Source: Macrostomum lignano
Lineage: Eukaryota
Reading direction: 5' to 3'
Length of the DNA stretch: 64,000 nucleotides
NCBI GenBank assembly: GCA_002269645.1
Contig: NIVC01003967.1
Coordinates: 1 to 64,000 of the forward strand
Below the pieces are notes generated by a model, which worked only from the letters and a program-made list of their open reading frames with translations, had not been told where the DNA came from and searched no databases. A program made the translations under genes and the position numbers. Below, in pieces: positions 1 through 13,046 of the stretch (position 1 is its first letter; every line of letters starts with the position of its first letter).

Positions 1-142
1 TGTTAGTTCGAAATCGTTTTGGCGTTTTTCGTTGTATCTCCTTGTACTTGTAATTGTATTTTTTTGTTGTAATTGAATTTTTTTGTAAATGTAAAATTGA
101 TGTCAATGTTGTCACTAAAGAAGTATTTCATGAGTACGTTGG

Positions 143-144
143 AG

Positions 145-193
<49 letters not shown>

Positions 194-243
194 AATCTAT
201 CTATCAATCAATCTATCTATCTATCTTCTATAGATAGATAGAA
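143..243. repeat. Short (GATA)/(TATC)n microsatellite
   Basis: Tandem TATC units flanked by GATAGATAG. Confidence 0.85.
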
Positions 244-862
244 GATGAACGCGTCTGACTTTCCCGCCGCCACAACTTTTGGTCCTGTGAATGTCCTGCG
301 AGTACTAATGCACTCTCATTGACATTTCCTGTTCTGTTAAATCATTTTGTGACTCTATGTAATTTTTTTTTCACTGGCCTGAAAAAAAGCTGGATCAACT
401 CATAACGATAAAATCTTCAATACTCTCAGTAACAAGTTATTAATTGGATAAGTTGTCGTCATTCAAACCAAGCTACTTAGTAGCGGTAATCTAAGTAAGC
501 ACTTGCGAATGTAAGTGACGTGTTTTTTTCACTAATGTGTGCCGCACGTTTTTACCAAGACTGTAGTGAATTACAGAATTCAATTACTAGTATCTGCAGA
601 AATACCGGTAATGCCAACTTACTCGTAGAAGGAAGAGCAGCCAGGAAAGACAGTCATTTTAGTATGATTTATCTATCAGAACGCTTTTTACGGATGAGAG
701 ACTGAAATAAAATCATAAGAAGAATTATTTAGATCTTGGCATCGATGTGATGGATTTACGTATCGATAGAAGTTCATTGCTTTTTCGTTCGTAGCGAGTT
801 TTCCAAAATAGATAGGAACTGCTCAAGACTAAATTGGAGTTATTTTCTGAGAGTCAGGCGGA

Positions 863-1225
863 GGGGCCGTAGCCCAGCGGTCTAGCGCAGGCTCTGGTGT
901 GCCAGCGACCCAGGCTCAATTCCAAGTGCAGTCACATTAATTTAGGGCTGAATTGGAATCTCGGCTTGGCTCTGCTCGTGCAATTAATGGCCTTGAGAGT
1001 CAACCCCCCAAGGCGCAGTGAAGTGTACATGCCTAACGATGAAATAAAGTTAGGGCCGCTGTACACTCCTGTGTGAGTGTGTGCCTGCGTACGTACCCGC
1101 GCGCTTTTTGTATGCCTGCTCAGGGGAGTCGGCGGAATGGGCAGCAATGCCTCTCGCCGGTTGTGTGCCTATGTCGCTTAAAGTGCGCCAGGGTGCACAC
1201 AACCCCCTGCCTCTAATAAAAAAAA
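863..1225 (+). mobile_element. tRNA-derived SINE
   Basis: tRNA-like head with A-box-like TAGCCCAGCGG and B-box-like GGCTCAATTCC; core shared with copies at ~1370 and ~36610; AATAAAAAAAA tail. Confidence 0.7.
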
Positions 1226-1334
1226 TTATTGGTTAAATAAGATCAAAACGCACAGGAGCTCTACCGCTTTGAGCAAGATAGCTACGTTGGAATTTGAGCA
1301 CTTTTTGGGAAAATGCACTGCTGGAAAATACTTC

Positions 1335-1603
1335 AGACCGGGGATTGTCGTTCGATTCACACCCACGAGGCCCAGCCCCAAGGCACAGAGAGGGTGTACA
1401 TGCCTGACCGATTAGAAAGCCAGGGCCGCTGTACACCCTGTGTGAGCGTGTGTTTGAGTACGCGGATGCGTGTGCAGTATTGACGCGCTGGTGTGTGCTC
1501 AGGAGTCAGCGGACTTGGCAGAATTGCCTCAGCGCTGGTCGTGAGGACAATGTCGCCGTGGCCACAGCCCTCCTGCAAGTATTATTAGTATTATTATTAT
1601 TAT
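1335..1603 (+). mobile_element. Second SINE (related subfamily, 5' truncated or degenerate)
   Basis: Same GTGTACATGCCT..CAGGGCCGCTGTACAC..TGTGTGAG core; (TTA)n tail. Confidence 0.6.
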
Positions 1604-3725
1604 GTATTGCTGGAACTGCTGAAAGCAGTTTTCTTGCATTTTTTCAAGGCTTCCTTAATTATATTCAGGGGCTTCCTTTCCAGTTGCAAACAGGAACCGA
1701 TGGCTTTGTTCCGGGTAGGGGCTTCTTTATGAGGTTCAAGTTGCATTAATCAAGCTAAAGTGTATCCAAGCTGAAACAAAAGACAAATAGGCAGGTAGGA
1801 CTGAGCTGAGAGTCGAAATTCCATTAGTGTGATTTTGTTAAATAAGCTTTTCAGGCTGCCCGTCATTGGTCGATGCTGATTCCGAATAGAATTCTATCTG
1901 GGTGCGGGACAGCAGAGGCGAGGGAGACAGAGAAATAATATTAAGATCGGCGATGCCAGTGAATAATTAACCATTTATGGGTCTGCCGTCTGATATAAAA
2001 ATCTGGTCCCACTGAGCAAAGAGCAGACGAACTATTAACTGACGCATCAGTGATCAGAAAATCAGGTCAGAATCCAAAAGTTATAAACATTACTGGGACA
2101 CTGAGCCCCTAAAACTGACAAAGCGCAGTACAAAGCGCACGATTCCCAACTGTTTAGATATCAACTGACGGCACTGGAAACTTGACCGGACGACTTCAGT
2201 AAGTAATCATGTTTTTTTATGCGTTTGACTTCTTATAGCCTCCGTCTGACCGTGTTTCGGTGGGAGGCCCTATAAAAACAAATATGGTTATGGAAGGCGC
2301 GGGTTGCCTTGGATCAAAGACTATGCGGGCGAAAGATAATGGCAGATTGACAGGGCATTCCTGGGCTAAGAGAGCGGTACAGAGCGAGGGCGGATGGGGT
2401 TAATAGAGAGTCTGCGACGCAAAGAAGAGATCCATATTGATGAAGAGCCAGCTAGTGGTTCGCTAAACCAAAACCAGTCCCAAGCCAGGCTTCCCCAGGG
2501 AATTCGCTCACGAGTCGAGTCGAATAAAAGAGTAGGTTGGTGGGCAGCGAGTGAGTGAGAGAGAGAGGAAGTTAAGGGGCGACAGACATGAGACACAGAA
2601 AATGCCAAGAAAATTTCATGTTTTACTGGCATCGGCTGGCTCTGGGAGGTTATGAGGGATCAGAGTGGCTGTCCAGCGGCATTCCAGTGCGGCCGAGATG
2701 AGCGGTTTGCAACGGATCAACAGAGTGAAATCACTGCTCAGTTCGAGTCAAGTTTCTATGCAGCAATCTTCGTATTTCGCAGTTCTCCTTGGGGAAAAGT
2801 TCGCCCACTACTCTATTGTGACGGCAAGCGCTTTGCAACACTATATATTCCTAGTTTGCAGCCTCTGCTAAACGTTGCTGAGGGAAAAAGCAGAGTTAGA
2901 GAGAGAGCTGGGATACGAAGTTGGAAAACGCTTCAGGCTTAAGTAGAGAATCATCGATTTCTGTCTAAGAGAGTTGGGAGCAATCCCAATCATCTCATAA
3001 GTCCATCCAGTTGCTTCTTTAGCGGATTTCTTCCACACTCCCGCCCCCACCTAAAAGCGCGACTGACTTTAATTGCTATACTTACCTTCTAGATAAATGT
3101 TATTCTAGCGCGGAAAGGTTGGGATTATCGTGTTAGCCTCGTTGCTTGACCCCCGATCCCCCCTCTGGGCAGGTGCGTCGTGTCGGTAAATTAATTAAGG
3201 TCGAAAGCTGCTGTAGGCATTATTGCGAAGGCCAAAGTGTACAGATAATATTGCACGAGGCACCATTGATGTTGGAAGACTCTCTAGAGGTCTGTGATTT
3301 CATATTCCAGGTTAATGTGTTTTTTCACCAACGCTAGTTTAACAAATTCTTTGCCCGAGATTGTAATCCATGCCCCCAAATGCTCGCGGGTTCTTTTTAA
3401 TTTGTTGAAGAATTTGACCACAAAAAAGAACTGATTGGATTGGAAACAATAATCTTGGAGATTATCCCTGAATAAAAACTTTGGAGCAATTTATTTGCAT
3501 TGGAAGACACAGTGTAATTTTTTTTACTGAACACACCTGTTTATTTAAGAAGTGCAGCATAAAGTTGGCTTTATACAAAATGAACAAATAGAGCTTTTGA
3601 GCAACTATAGATTTTCCAAAAAGTGGATTTAGCTAGATCTTGCACAAAACACTGTTGGATTGCACATGATGCATTAGTATGTCAGTAAATTTTACAAAAA
3701 ATAATACAATTTTTTTGGATACATT

Positions 3726-4539
3726 TTACATGAAAACACTATATTGTCTGTGTAGGTCTTACATGAAAACACTATATAGTGTCTGTGTAGGTCTTACATG
3801 AAAACACTATATAGTGTCTGTGTAGGTCTTACATGAAAACACTATATAGTGTCTGTGTAGGTCCTACATGAAAACACTATATAGTGTCTGTGTAGGTCTT
3901 ACATGAAAACACTATATAGTGTCTGTGTAAGTCTTACATGAAAACACTATATAGTGTCTGTGTAGGTCTTACATGAAAACACTATATAGTGTCTGTGTAG
4001 GTCTTACATGAAAACACTATATAGTGTCTGTGTAGGTCTTACATGAAAACACTATATAGTGTCTGTGTAGGTCTTACATGAAAACACTATATAGTGTCTG
4101 TGTAGGTCTTACATGAAAACACTATATAGTGTCTGTGTAGGTCTTACATGAAAACACTATATAGTGTCTGTGTAGGTCTTACATGAAAACACTATATAGT
4201 GTCTGTGTAGGTCTTACATGAAAACACTATATAGTGTCTGTGTAGGTCTTACATGAAAACACTATATAGTGTCTGTGTAGGTCTTACATGAAAACACTAT
4301 ATAGTGTCTGTGTAGGTCTTACATGAAAACACTATATAGTGTCTGTGTAGGTCTTACATGAAAACACTATATAGTGTCTGTGTAGGTCTTACATGAAAAC
4401 ACTATATAGTGTCTGTGTAGGTCTTACATGAAAACACTATATAGTGTCTGTGTCGGTCTTACATGAAAACACTATATAGTGTCTGTGTAGGTCTTACATG
4501 AAAACACTATATAGTGTCTGTGTAGGTCTTTCATGAAAA
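3726..4539. repeat. 35-bp minisatellite, ~23 near-identical copies
   Basis: Unit TTACATGAAAACACTATATAGTGTCTGTGTAGGTC. Confidence 0.95.
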
Positions 4540-5904
4540 TACTAGACAATGTTCGAAGGTACGTTCGTATTAAGCATTAGTGGCTGCATAGGTTCATACA
4601 GGAAACTTCATTATTTCACTATTATGATTTTCAACTTCAATCTTTTAGTCGATCGAATAGTCTCTAAGCGCCTATCGTGTTACGTCATAGCCTGTATTAG
4701 AAATGTGTCAAGCGCGATCAAATATTCCAACAGGTCTGTCAAGTCATACATTATGATAATACGCTCGTACTTATTGTAATTTAATTTCCCAGAGTCCAGT
4801 GAAAACTGGTCAATAATTTAATAAACAAATATAACGAATATACATTGGCGATTTAGAGGAAGCTAATACAGAGAGAATAAAATGACAGATTAAGCGATTA
4901 ATACTATCAGCTTTCAGAGGGAAATTAAGTCTGAGTTGCCAAACTTGCCAATGGAGGCGCTTTTCTCGCACTTCTCTTCCTCGACTTCCCCTGAATTTGC
5001 AGGAGAGGAGAGGAGAGGCCTTCTCAGCTGACTGCCTGGTTGCAGCTCGGTGCACTGGGCTCGGAGCTGCAGTACTGGGATCGCGTGAGGGGAAAGAGAT
5101 GTAAAAAAGTTTCATCCTCCTAAAGCGACGTTCCGTGAAGCCAAGAAGCGCGCGAGAAGCGTTGGCAGTTTTTATTTCACTTTGGCTGCTGCTCAGGGAA
5201 GCATCACGACTTGCGTCAGTTTTTCAGACCCGCAGGTCCGGAACAGTTTAGCAGTTAGCGAGGTGGGCAATCGGAGAAATTGTTGCTTGTAGTTGCACTT
5301 TTATCCTCCGTAAATTAGGCTTGAGAAGCGCCGTTTTTAGTGTTTGAGGCGTCGCTGGTGCTGCGGTGTCGCGCACAGAGATCCGGTGGTGCCGGTGTCC
5401 TCAGCGCGGTCCCCCTCCGGAGAGTCCAGGAGGTGGATGGTCGCTCGCCCGGTAGTCCTCAGGGTAGCGAACGACACTGGTCACCGCCCTGATGTCCCTG
5501 CGGTTGAGTCCAAGCAGGGCTCTGCGGAGGGCGGGGGTTCAAGCCACCACAAAATTGAAGCTGCAGTTTCGTAAGAAAACGATAGTTGATGACTCAAACA
5601 GGATCTGAGCAGCTCTTTTTTGAGAGTCTAAATTGATTAAAAATTAATGCTCAACTCTGTTTGGCTAACAGAGAGCAGCTTCTAAAGAAATCATTTAGCT
5701 TTTAATCAAGCTGGACACACAGGACCGAGTAAGTCACGCTTGGCTCAGTTGGGAAAGCTTTGAACAAAAATTGCAAAAAAAGCAAAAAGTCAAAGGAGAC
5801 CATTCTTTCCTTTTCCGTTGAAATGTGTTCTCATGAAATTTTAATCTGCAATGAAGCAAGGCCAGTAAAGTACAGTTAATTTATATTTCACATGGCGAAA
5901 GTTT

Positions 5905-6241
5905 CATTGATTCGGCGCCATTTCGTTTGATTAGGCGCCATTTCATTTGATTGGGCGCCATTTCATTTGATTAGGCGCCGTTTCATTTGATTAGGCGCCA
6001 TTTCATTTGATTAGGCGCCATTTCATTTGATTAGGCGCCATTTCATTTGATTAGGCGCCATTTCATTTGATTAGGCGCCATTTCATTTGATTAGGCGCCA
6101 TTCCATTGATTAGACGCAATTTCATTTGATTAGGCGCCATTTCATTTGATTAGGCGCCATTTCATTGGATTGGGCGCCATTTCATTCGATTAGGCGCCAT
6201 TTCATTTGATTGGGCGTCATTTCGTTGGATTGGGCGCCATG
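5905..6241. repeat. 20-bp minisatellite, ~17 copies
   Basis: Unit GGCGCCATTTCATTTGATTA. Confidence 0.92.
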
Positions 6242-6801
6242 GACTCTCATTAGCAGTCTTCATAAATTCAGTTGCCAATACATTCGAGTCCATTTTATAT
6301 ATTAAAATCGAATATGAAAAAGCCAGACCATGAAGCCATTTTTATTGCGTGTCCCGAATTTTCGGTCGTATCTAGCTATTTCATTGCCAAAAAAATAGCC
6401 AGCATAAAAGAACAAGCCGGGTATTTCGGGAACCGACTGAGAAAATAATGGAAGGAGGAACTGGTGCTTCGGGATTGAACTATCAAATAATGGGATTGAT
6501 TTAACCCACAGAGAGGATTTCGCGAGTCTCTGTTGCTCTCATATGTGGCTTGGCACACGCCATCTAGAGTTCCATCTGCTCTGTAAAATTCTTGCTGTTG
6601 TCGGGAGCCTTCCACTCAGAGTTGAATCAAAGCAAGCGCCGACCGACCAGCAACCGTCTCTCGACCGATCCATTAGTTAAATTGAAATTCGTCGGCTTTC
6701 GTGAGCATCAACCGCCATCATTCTTTTTTACTTCTCTGCTCCTAATTTTACTCCTTATTTTGGTTCCTACATTTCGAAATATGCCGGAAATTTTTTTTTA
6801 G

Positions 6802-7260
6802 AGGGATACCAATGTACACGATTCTCTGTCTGTCAGGGATACCAATGTACACGATTCTCTGTCTGTCAGGGATACCAATGTACACGATTCTCTGTCTGTC
6901 AGGGATACCAATGTACACGATTCTCTGTCTGTCAGGGATACCAATATACGCGACTCTCTGTCTGTCATGGATATTAATGTACACGACTCTCTGTCTGTCA
7001 GGGATACCAATGTACACGATTCTCTGTCTGTCAGGGATACCAATATACGCGACTCTCTGTCTGTCATGGATATTAATGTACACGACTCTCTGTCTGTCAG
7101 GGATACCAATATACGCGACTCTCTGTCTGTCATGGATATTAATGTACACGATTCTCTGTCTGTCAGGGATACCAATGTACACGATTCTCTGTCTGTCAGG
7201 GATACCAATGTACACGACTCTCTTTCTCTCAGGGATGCCAATGTACACGATTTCTTATCT
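6802..7260. repeat. 33-bp minisatellite, ~14 copies, three unit variants
   Basis: Unit GGGATACCAATGTACACGATTCTCTGTCTGTCA. Confidence 0.92.
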
Positions 7261-8273
7261 TTCCAGGGGCTCCAATCTACATCTCTGTCAGCGGAAGAAC
7301 TCATCGAAAATGTAACTATAAAGGAAATTTAAAGACACTGTTGCGTCGCATGTTTGCAAAAGCACTTCTAAGGAGTCAATCACTCTCAATGCAGCATAAG
7401 ACACAGCTACTCGTCATTCTGCATAATTTATCACCCCAGCTAACTCCTATCAAGCTCAATGATCTTAAACGCAGTAGAAATCACTCACCAAGCCCCCAGT
7501 CAGTTTCAGCGGACCAATGAGGATCCTGGTAGCTACCGGAGCCCAATTCTATTTGTATTAAATATCCCATCCCCCAAAGCCACTGGGCTGGCCCTAGCCA
7601 TAAAAATCTAGAGGAAATTGAAGTTATTTCAGCTGAAAATTTGCTCCGACTAAAACCGTGCATTTCGATTATCTGGATGAGGCAGAATTTTACAAGCAGC
7701 AATTCTACTGCTCCTGATGAGTTCGAGATGAGTAAGTATTTCACTCCCCAAACCTGTAGACAGTCAGCAATAATGAAATCGTATTTGTTTTATTAGGCTC
7801 TCGACTCAGAGTGATCTATGAGACCTCGGTTGAGACTAGCCTGGTATAGGAAGGCATATATTATTTAGCTGCATTAAGTAACGACTTGTTTTTTTCTGCG
7901 AGGTGTGCAGTAAACAGTTTTTTATTCCTCGTTTTCACTGCTGCTCTCACCGCGGCCAGCAAGTGTCAGAGCTGCGACGCGGGGCAGCTTGTAAATCAGC
8001 TGGCCAAAAATGCTTTATGTCGCATTTCTAGTCAGTATGAGTCTGCCTAGCTCGGGGGCCGCTTGCTTGGGAAGGCAGGGAGAGCAAAATGCTCGTCCAT
8101 TTCTGCGGAGTGCCCGGTTGCAGTGGCGTCAGTCTCCGATGGGTGGGGGAAATGATGGACTGACCGGCACTGACTCGCTCCCGGGGCTAATGCTGCCCGG
8201 ATCCGAAAGCTGCTGGGAGGAGTGTCTAATGATGAAGGATACCAGAACAATGGGAAAGTAAGAGACTTTAAAA

Positions 8274-8279
8274 AGATAG

Positions 8280-8312
<33 letters not shown>

Positions 8313-8321
8313 TAGGTAGAC

Positions 8322-8415
<94 letters not shown>

Positions 8416-8745
8416 ATAAGTAGATAGATAGGTAGATAGATAGGTAGATAGATAGGTATATAGATAAGTAGATAGATAGGTAGATAGATAGGTAGATAGA
8501 TAGATAAGTAGATAGATAGATAAATAGATAGATAAGTAGATAGATAGATAAGTAGATAGATAGATAAGTAGATAGATAGATAAGTAGATAGATAGGTAGA
8601 TAGATAGGTAGATAGATAGATAAGTAGATAGATAGGTAGATAGATAGATAAGTAGATAGATAGATAAGTAGATAGATAGATAAGTAGATAGATAGATAAG
8701 TAGATAGATAGATAAGTAGATAGATAAGTAGATAGATAGGTAGAT
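8274..8745. repeat. (GATA)n microsatellite with GGTA/AAGTA variants
   Basis: Direct reading. Confidence 0.95.
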
Positions 8746-9321
8746 ATGAATAGCCAGTTTGACATGTGGATGATCGGGCAGATAAACAAAGGCACACAGG
8801 AGATGGACAGAGTCGACTGCTTCAAAGAGGGAATCAAATATGAACTCCTGCCGTCATTAGAAAATTCAGAGGCGGATTGTCCGAGGTCGGCAGCTCCATT
8901 CACTTTTCCAAATCCCATTCATAGCAGTCAATGGGGAGTCCGCTGTCATTGTTGAAAAGATAATTAAGCCTTTCAATGGCAGCTGTCAATCAATGCGGGC
9001 CATTTCTTATCGATTTTTTACACAATAAATACCTTTTTTGTGACCACCGCTCCCCGCAGAAGACCTGGAGGCTGAGCTGCGTCAGGTGTTTATTGAGAAG
9101 CCAAGCAGTCCTGAGCAGCTCGGAGGCCGCGCTGAACTTCGTCAACAGAAGAAGATAAAGGCGCCCGTTTCAGGTAAATGCTTGGGCGGAGGTGGCAGCG
9201 CATCTGCTCAGCTCTTGTTCACAGCAATCATGAGTGCTGCGGAGCATGTACTGGTAAAATGTAGACAGAGAAGCTTCTGACTCTCGCGCCGCGAAACCTG
9301 GTGCGATCAGTATACGCACAA

Positions 9322-9887
<566 letters not shown>

Positions 9888-11198
9888 GTGTCAGTCGGTT
9901 TCTTATTGGCTGACAGGAGGCCCCAGCAGGCCAGAAGAAGCCGGCCGAATGCACCGGGAAGGGGAGGGGGCAGCCAAGCCAGATGTTCAGGGAGTGTCGA
10001 GGCGCGGCATAATGAGTCGGGCGGCATCCCCCCTAGCAATATGTATATGAGCATATGAGTATAAATATCCGCGCGGACGAACTCGGGCTTTTATGGCTGG
10101 ACAAGGCAAAAGTGGAACTTTTTCTTCAAGCCTCGAAGTTGCATTTGCTGCAGCTCTGATCAAGACCGACCGGAACAGAAGGCGCTTGTCTGTCAGATTT
10201 AGAAGAGAGTAAATGGACCAGCTGGGCGAGTACTCGAGAATGCGGGATGCTCAGAGCGTCTGCGGGGCTGCTAAATCTGGCGCAGCTGCACCGCCATCGG
10301 CTGCCCACTCAGCCCAACATCGTGAGCCTCCCTGAAATGTCCACCAAGTAGCGCCGTATAATAAATAAGCGTAACTCCCTTCATTAGTCCTTTAGCATGC
10401 AATACAGGAAGGCAGAATATTAGGCCGGAGCCATCCATCCAGGTTAATTCGTTTAGTAAATATTTTTAATGCTTCACTCTGTTACACGCGCTAGAATATT
10501 GAAGCTGTCTCGGCCATTCGATCATATGGGGACTTTAAATCCGCTGTTAATTGTGCCTTGCTTCTAACACCGTTTTTTTAACAGGAAATTTAAAATTTCT
10601 ACCTTCCGTTTTCAATGTTTGGCACCTTTTTTTGCATTTTGCATTTCGCACTTCAAGAAGACAGATCAGCTCAGATACGGCCGTCATCTTGGACTTTTAC
10701 CAGACTTATAACTCTATAGTGCATTAGCACATCCCCGTCTGAAGTAAACTCAATCAGTTAATGCAGCGCTTGCTTTAACTTGCCGTAATAAATCAGTTCA
10801 GTTATGCTACGCGCTCTCGCTGGTTCTGTAAATGGCATACTTGAGTCGTTAATAAAAGCATTGCCATTGGGTTTTTGTCAAATTTCAGTAAGTAAATGTA
10901 TTTCAATAGCAGCGGAACAAGGGAATAACAACTGTGATGTATAATGCTGTTAATAACAAAGAAGGCTTTACAGATGCTGTGTCCCAACTTACAATGATTC
11001 TAAAGCATTGAAGCATATTGACGCTATTGACGCCTAGTGGGTATTTGAACAGGATAAAATACATGTACACGCTTTCAAGATTTCGTATGTACTTTCAGTC
11101 AAAATATCAAACACAGTGATAGAATTGCATTTGCTGAGCCATGCAATTTAAAAAGTTGCAAGCATCCCGGACACGACCCCCACCCCTCAGGTGGCGGC

Positions 11199-13046
11199 AT
11201 GGAGCGGCGCAAGAACGGCGTCATGCTGTTCTGCGAGTGCAGCTCGATCCGAGGAATGCCAAAGATCGCTCGCTCGTCATCAAAATTTCTACGCAAAATG
11301 TGGCTCGCATTTGTCGTTGGAATGAGTCTGGCGTTAATAGTTTCCGTGTCCTTCTCTGTCCATCGCTATCTCAACTATGACGTCATAGTGCATATTTCCG
11401 ACAAGCAGAAGTTCAATTCAAAGTTTCCAGCTATAACGGTGTGCCTGCACCAGCCGTTCTCACGAAGCGCGTTCCCGTTGTGGTCCAACAAATCGGTGAT
11501 GTCGCCGAGAAGCTACAACCGACTACTGCGCGATCTCGCGTTGAAAGCGATCAATAGGACTGGCGATTTCTCAGCTATTAGCAACGATAACATGGACCCC
11601 ATAGAATATGCCCTGTACTACGACTCTGTTGAGGTTTACTATCAGAACATTCCTTACGAGAGCATCATCAGGCTCAGTCACGCACAGAGCGTTATTCGAA
11701 AGTGCATCGTCCGCCAAATGGGCGTTATCTTCTTCAAAGATCCCTGCGACCTCAGCGAGCACGGCTTCGATATAAAACTTTTTTCGCATCCCAAGCACCT
11801 AAACTGCTACACCGTAGAGCCAAGAGAACAGAAAACCTCTCTAGAAACCTACTCCCTTGGACTGGCTGTTGACCTGGGACCCAAGCCCGACTACGCCAAC
11901 CATCAGCAGGGCTTTCTAAACGACGTCTTTGATCAGGCGGCGGGTCTGCGCGTGGTAATCCACGAACCGAACCGCTATCCAGATGTCGAACATCAAGGCA
12001 TGAACATTGAGGCGGGAAAAATGACTGAACTGGCCTACACACCGACTATCTGGAACCGGAGCAACACGCCCGTGAATCCGTGCATCGAGGGCGAGGGTGA
12101 GTCCTACATGGATCTAGGTCGGAACTTTGACTACTCCCAAAAAGAGTGCATCAAGCTCAACAGGCAGCAACTAGTGATGGAGAACTGCAACTGCATCCTG
12201 GGCGTGCCGGGCTACCCCAGGCCCCGAGTGCCCACCAAGGAGAATGCCTACTGTGCTGCTTTCAGCGAGGCCTTCAACAAAACCTTCAAAGACTTCATAG
12301 ACCGTGTTAGCTGCGTCGGCGAAATCATGAGTCGACCTGAGCCGCCTTGCCTATCCCGTTGCGTGCTGTTCGAATACGAAACGAAGATCTCTGTGACCGA
12401 GTGGGGCGCCACAGACTGGCAGGTAGACTGGTCAGGCAGGTACGTGAACGATATTGAAACTCTGGTGAAGCTAATCGAGGCAAGAGAGACAACGCCTGAA
12501 GACTCTCGATCACCGGGATGGCGTAAGAATTTTGACAACGTCAAGCAGCGTCTACTGCGCTACCTAGAGGAAGACAACCTGACTTCGACTGCTCAGACCA
12601 ACGATCGCATGTTGGAATCGAAGAGTTTCGCGTACGTTTTGCTGAAACGAAAGGGCGACAACCTAATTTTAAAGGAGGAGAAGCAGGTGCTGACATTGAA
12701 TGCCCTGATGTCTCAGATTGGCGGGCTCTGCTCCCTAACCATCGGCCTCACTTGCGCTGTCGCCGTTGAAATTGTCGAGTTTGTCTATATCTACCTGACG
12801 TCAAGGCGAAACGACAGCACTGAGAACTCCGCTAATGCCACGGCCGCTGCGGCGGTGACAACAGCGGCTGCGACAGCGGAGAGTCAAGCAGCCGCAGCTG
12901 CGACATCCATGTCAGCCGATGCCATGCGCCTTAGGGCCGCTAATTCTGGATCTGACGGGGACGACATGGACGTCGATGCGGACGGCGATGGCAGCGACCA
13001 GCTTCCGATGAACTGCCACCGTCGGGCGGATGTCTCCCGGCTATGA
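11199..13046 (+). CDS. DEG/ENaC (amiloride-sensitive sodium channel family) subunit, intronless, 615 aa
   Basis: TM1 after the FCECSSIRG motif; FPAITVC; GLRVVIHEP; Cys-rich thumb (ECIK..CNC..C..C..C); TM2 MSQIGGLCSLTIGLT; Ala-rich tail. Confidence 0.92.
   Translation: MERRKNGVMLFCECSSIRGMPKIARSSSKFLRKMWLAFVVGMSLALIVSVSFSVHRYLNYDVIVHISDKQKFNSKFPAITVCLHQPFSRSAFPLWSNKSVMSPRSYNRLLRDLALKAINRTGDFSAISNDNMDPIEYALYYDSVEVYYQNIPYESIIRLSHAQSVIRKCIVRQMGVIFFKDPCDLSEHGFDIKLFSHPKHLNCYTVEPREQKTSLETYSLGLAVDLGPKPDYANHQQGFLNDVFDQAAGLRVVIHEPNRYPDVEHQGMNIEAGKMTELAYTPTIWNRSNTPVNPCIEGEGESYMDLGRNFDYSQKECIKLNRQQLVMENCNCILGVPGYPRPRVPTKENAYCAAFSEAFNKTFKDFIDRVSCVGEIMSRPEPPCLSRCVLFEYETKISVTEWGATDWQVDWSGRYVNDIETLVKLIEARETTPEDSRSPGWRKNFDNVKQRLLRYLEEDNLTSTAQTNDRMLESKSFAYVLLKRKGDNLILKEEKQVLTLNALMSQIGGLCSLTIGLTCAVAVEIVEFVYIYLTSRRNDSTENSANATAAAAVTTAAATAESQAAAAATSMSADAMRLRAANSGSDGDDMDVDADGDGSDQLPMNCHRRADVSRL

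Noticed and set aside
863-935. Functional tRNA gene
   Set aside because: Degenerate T-arm and acceptor; runs directly into a SINE core and A-tail
3726-7260. CRISPR-like arrays
   Set aside because: Head-to-tail units with no unique spacers, no cas genes, eukaryotic context
11571-12544. Antisense or alternative-frame ORFs over ENaC, GPCR, nAChR and Polinton genes
   Set aside because: Shadows of real CDSs with no recognisable motifs
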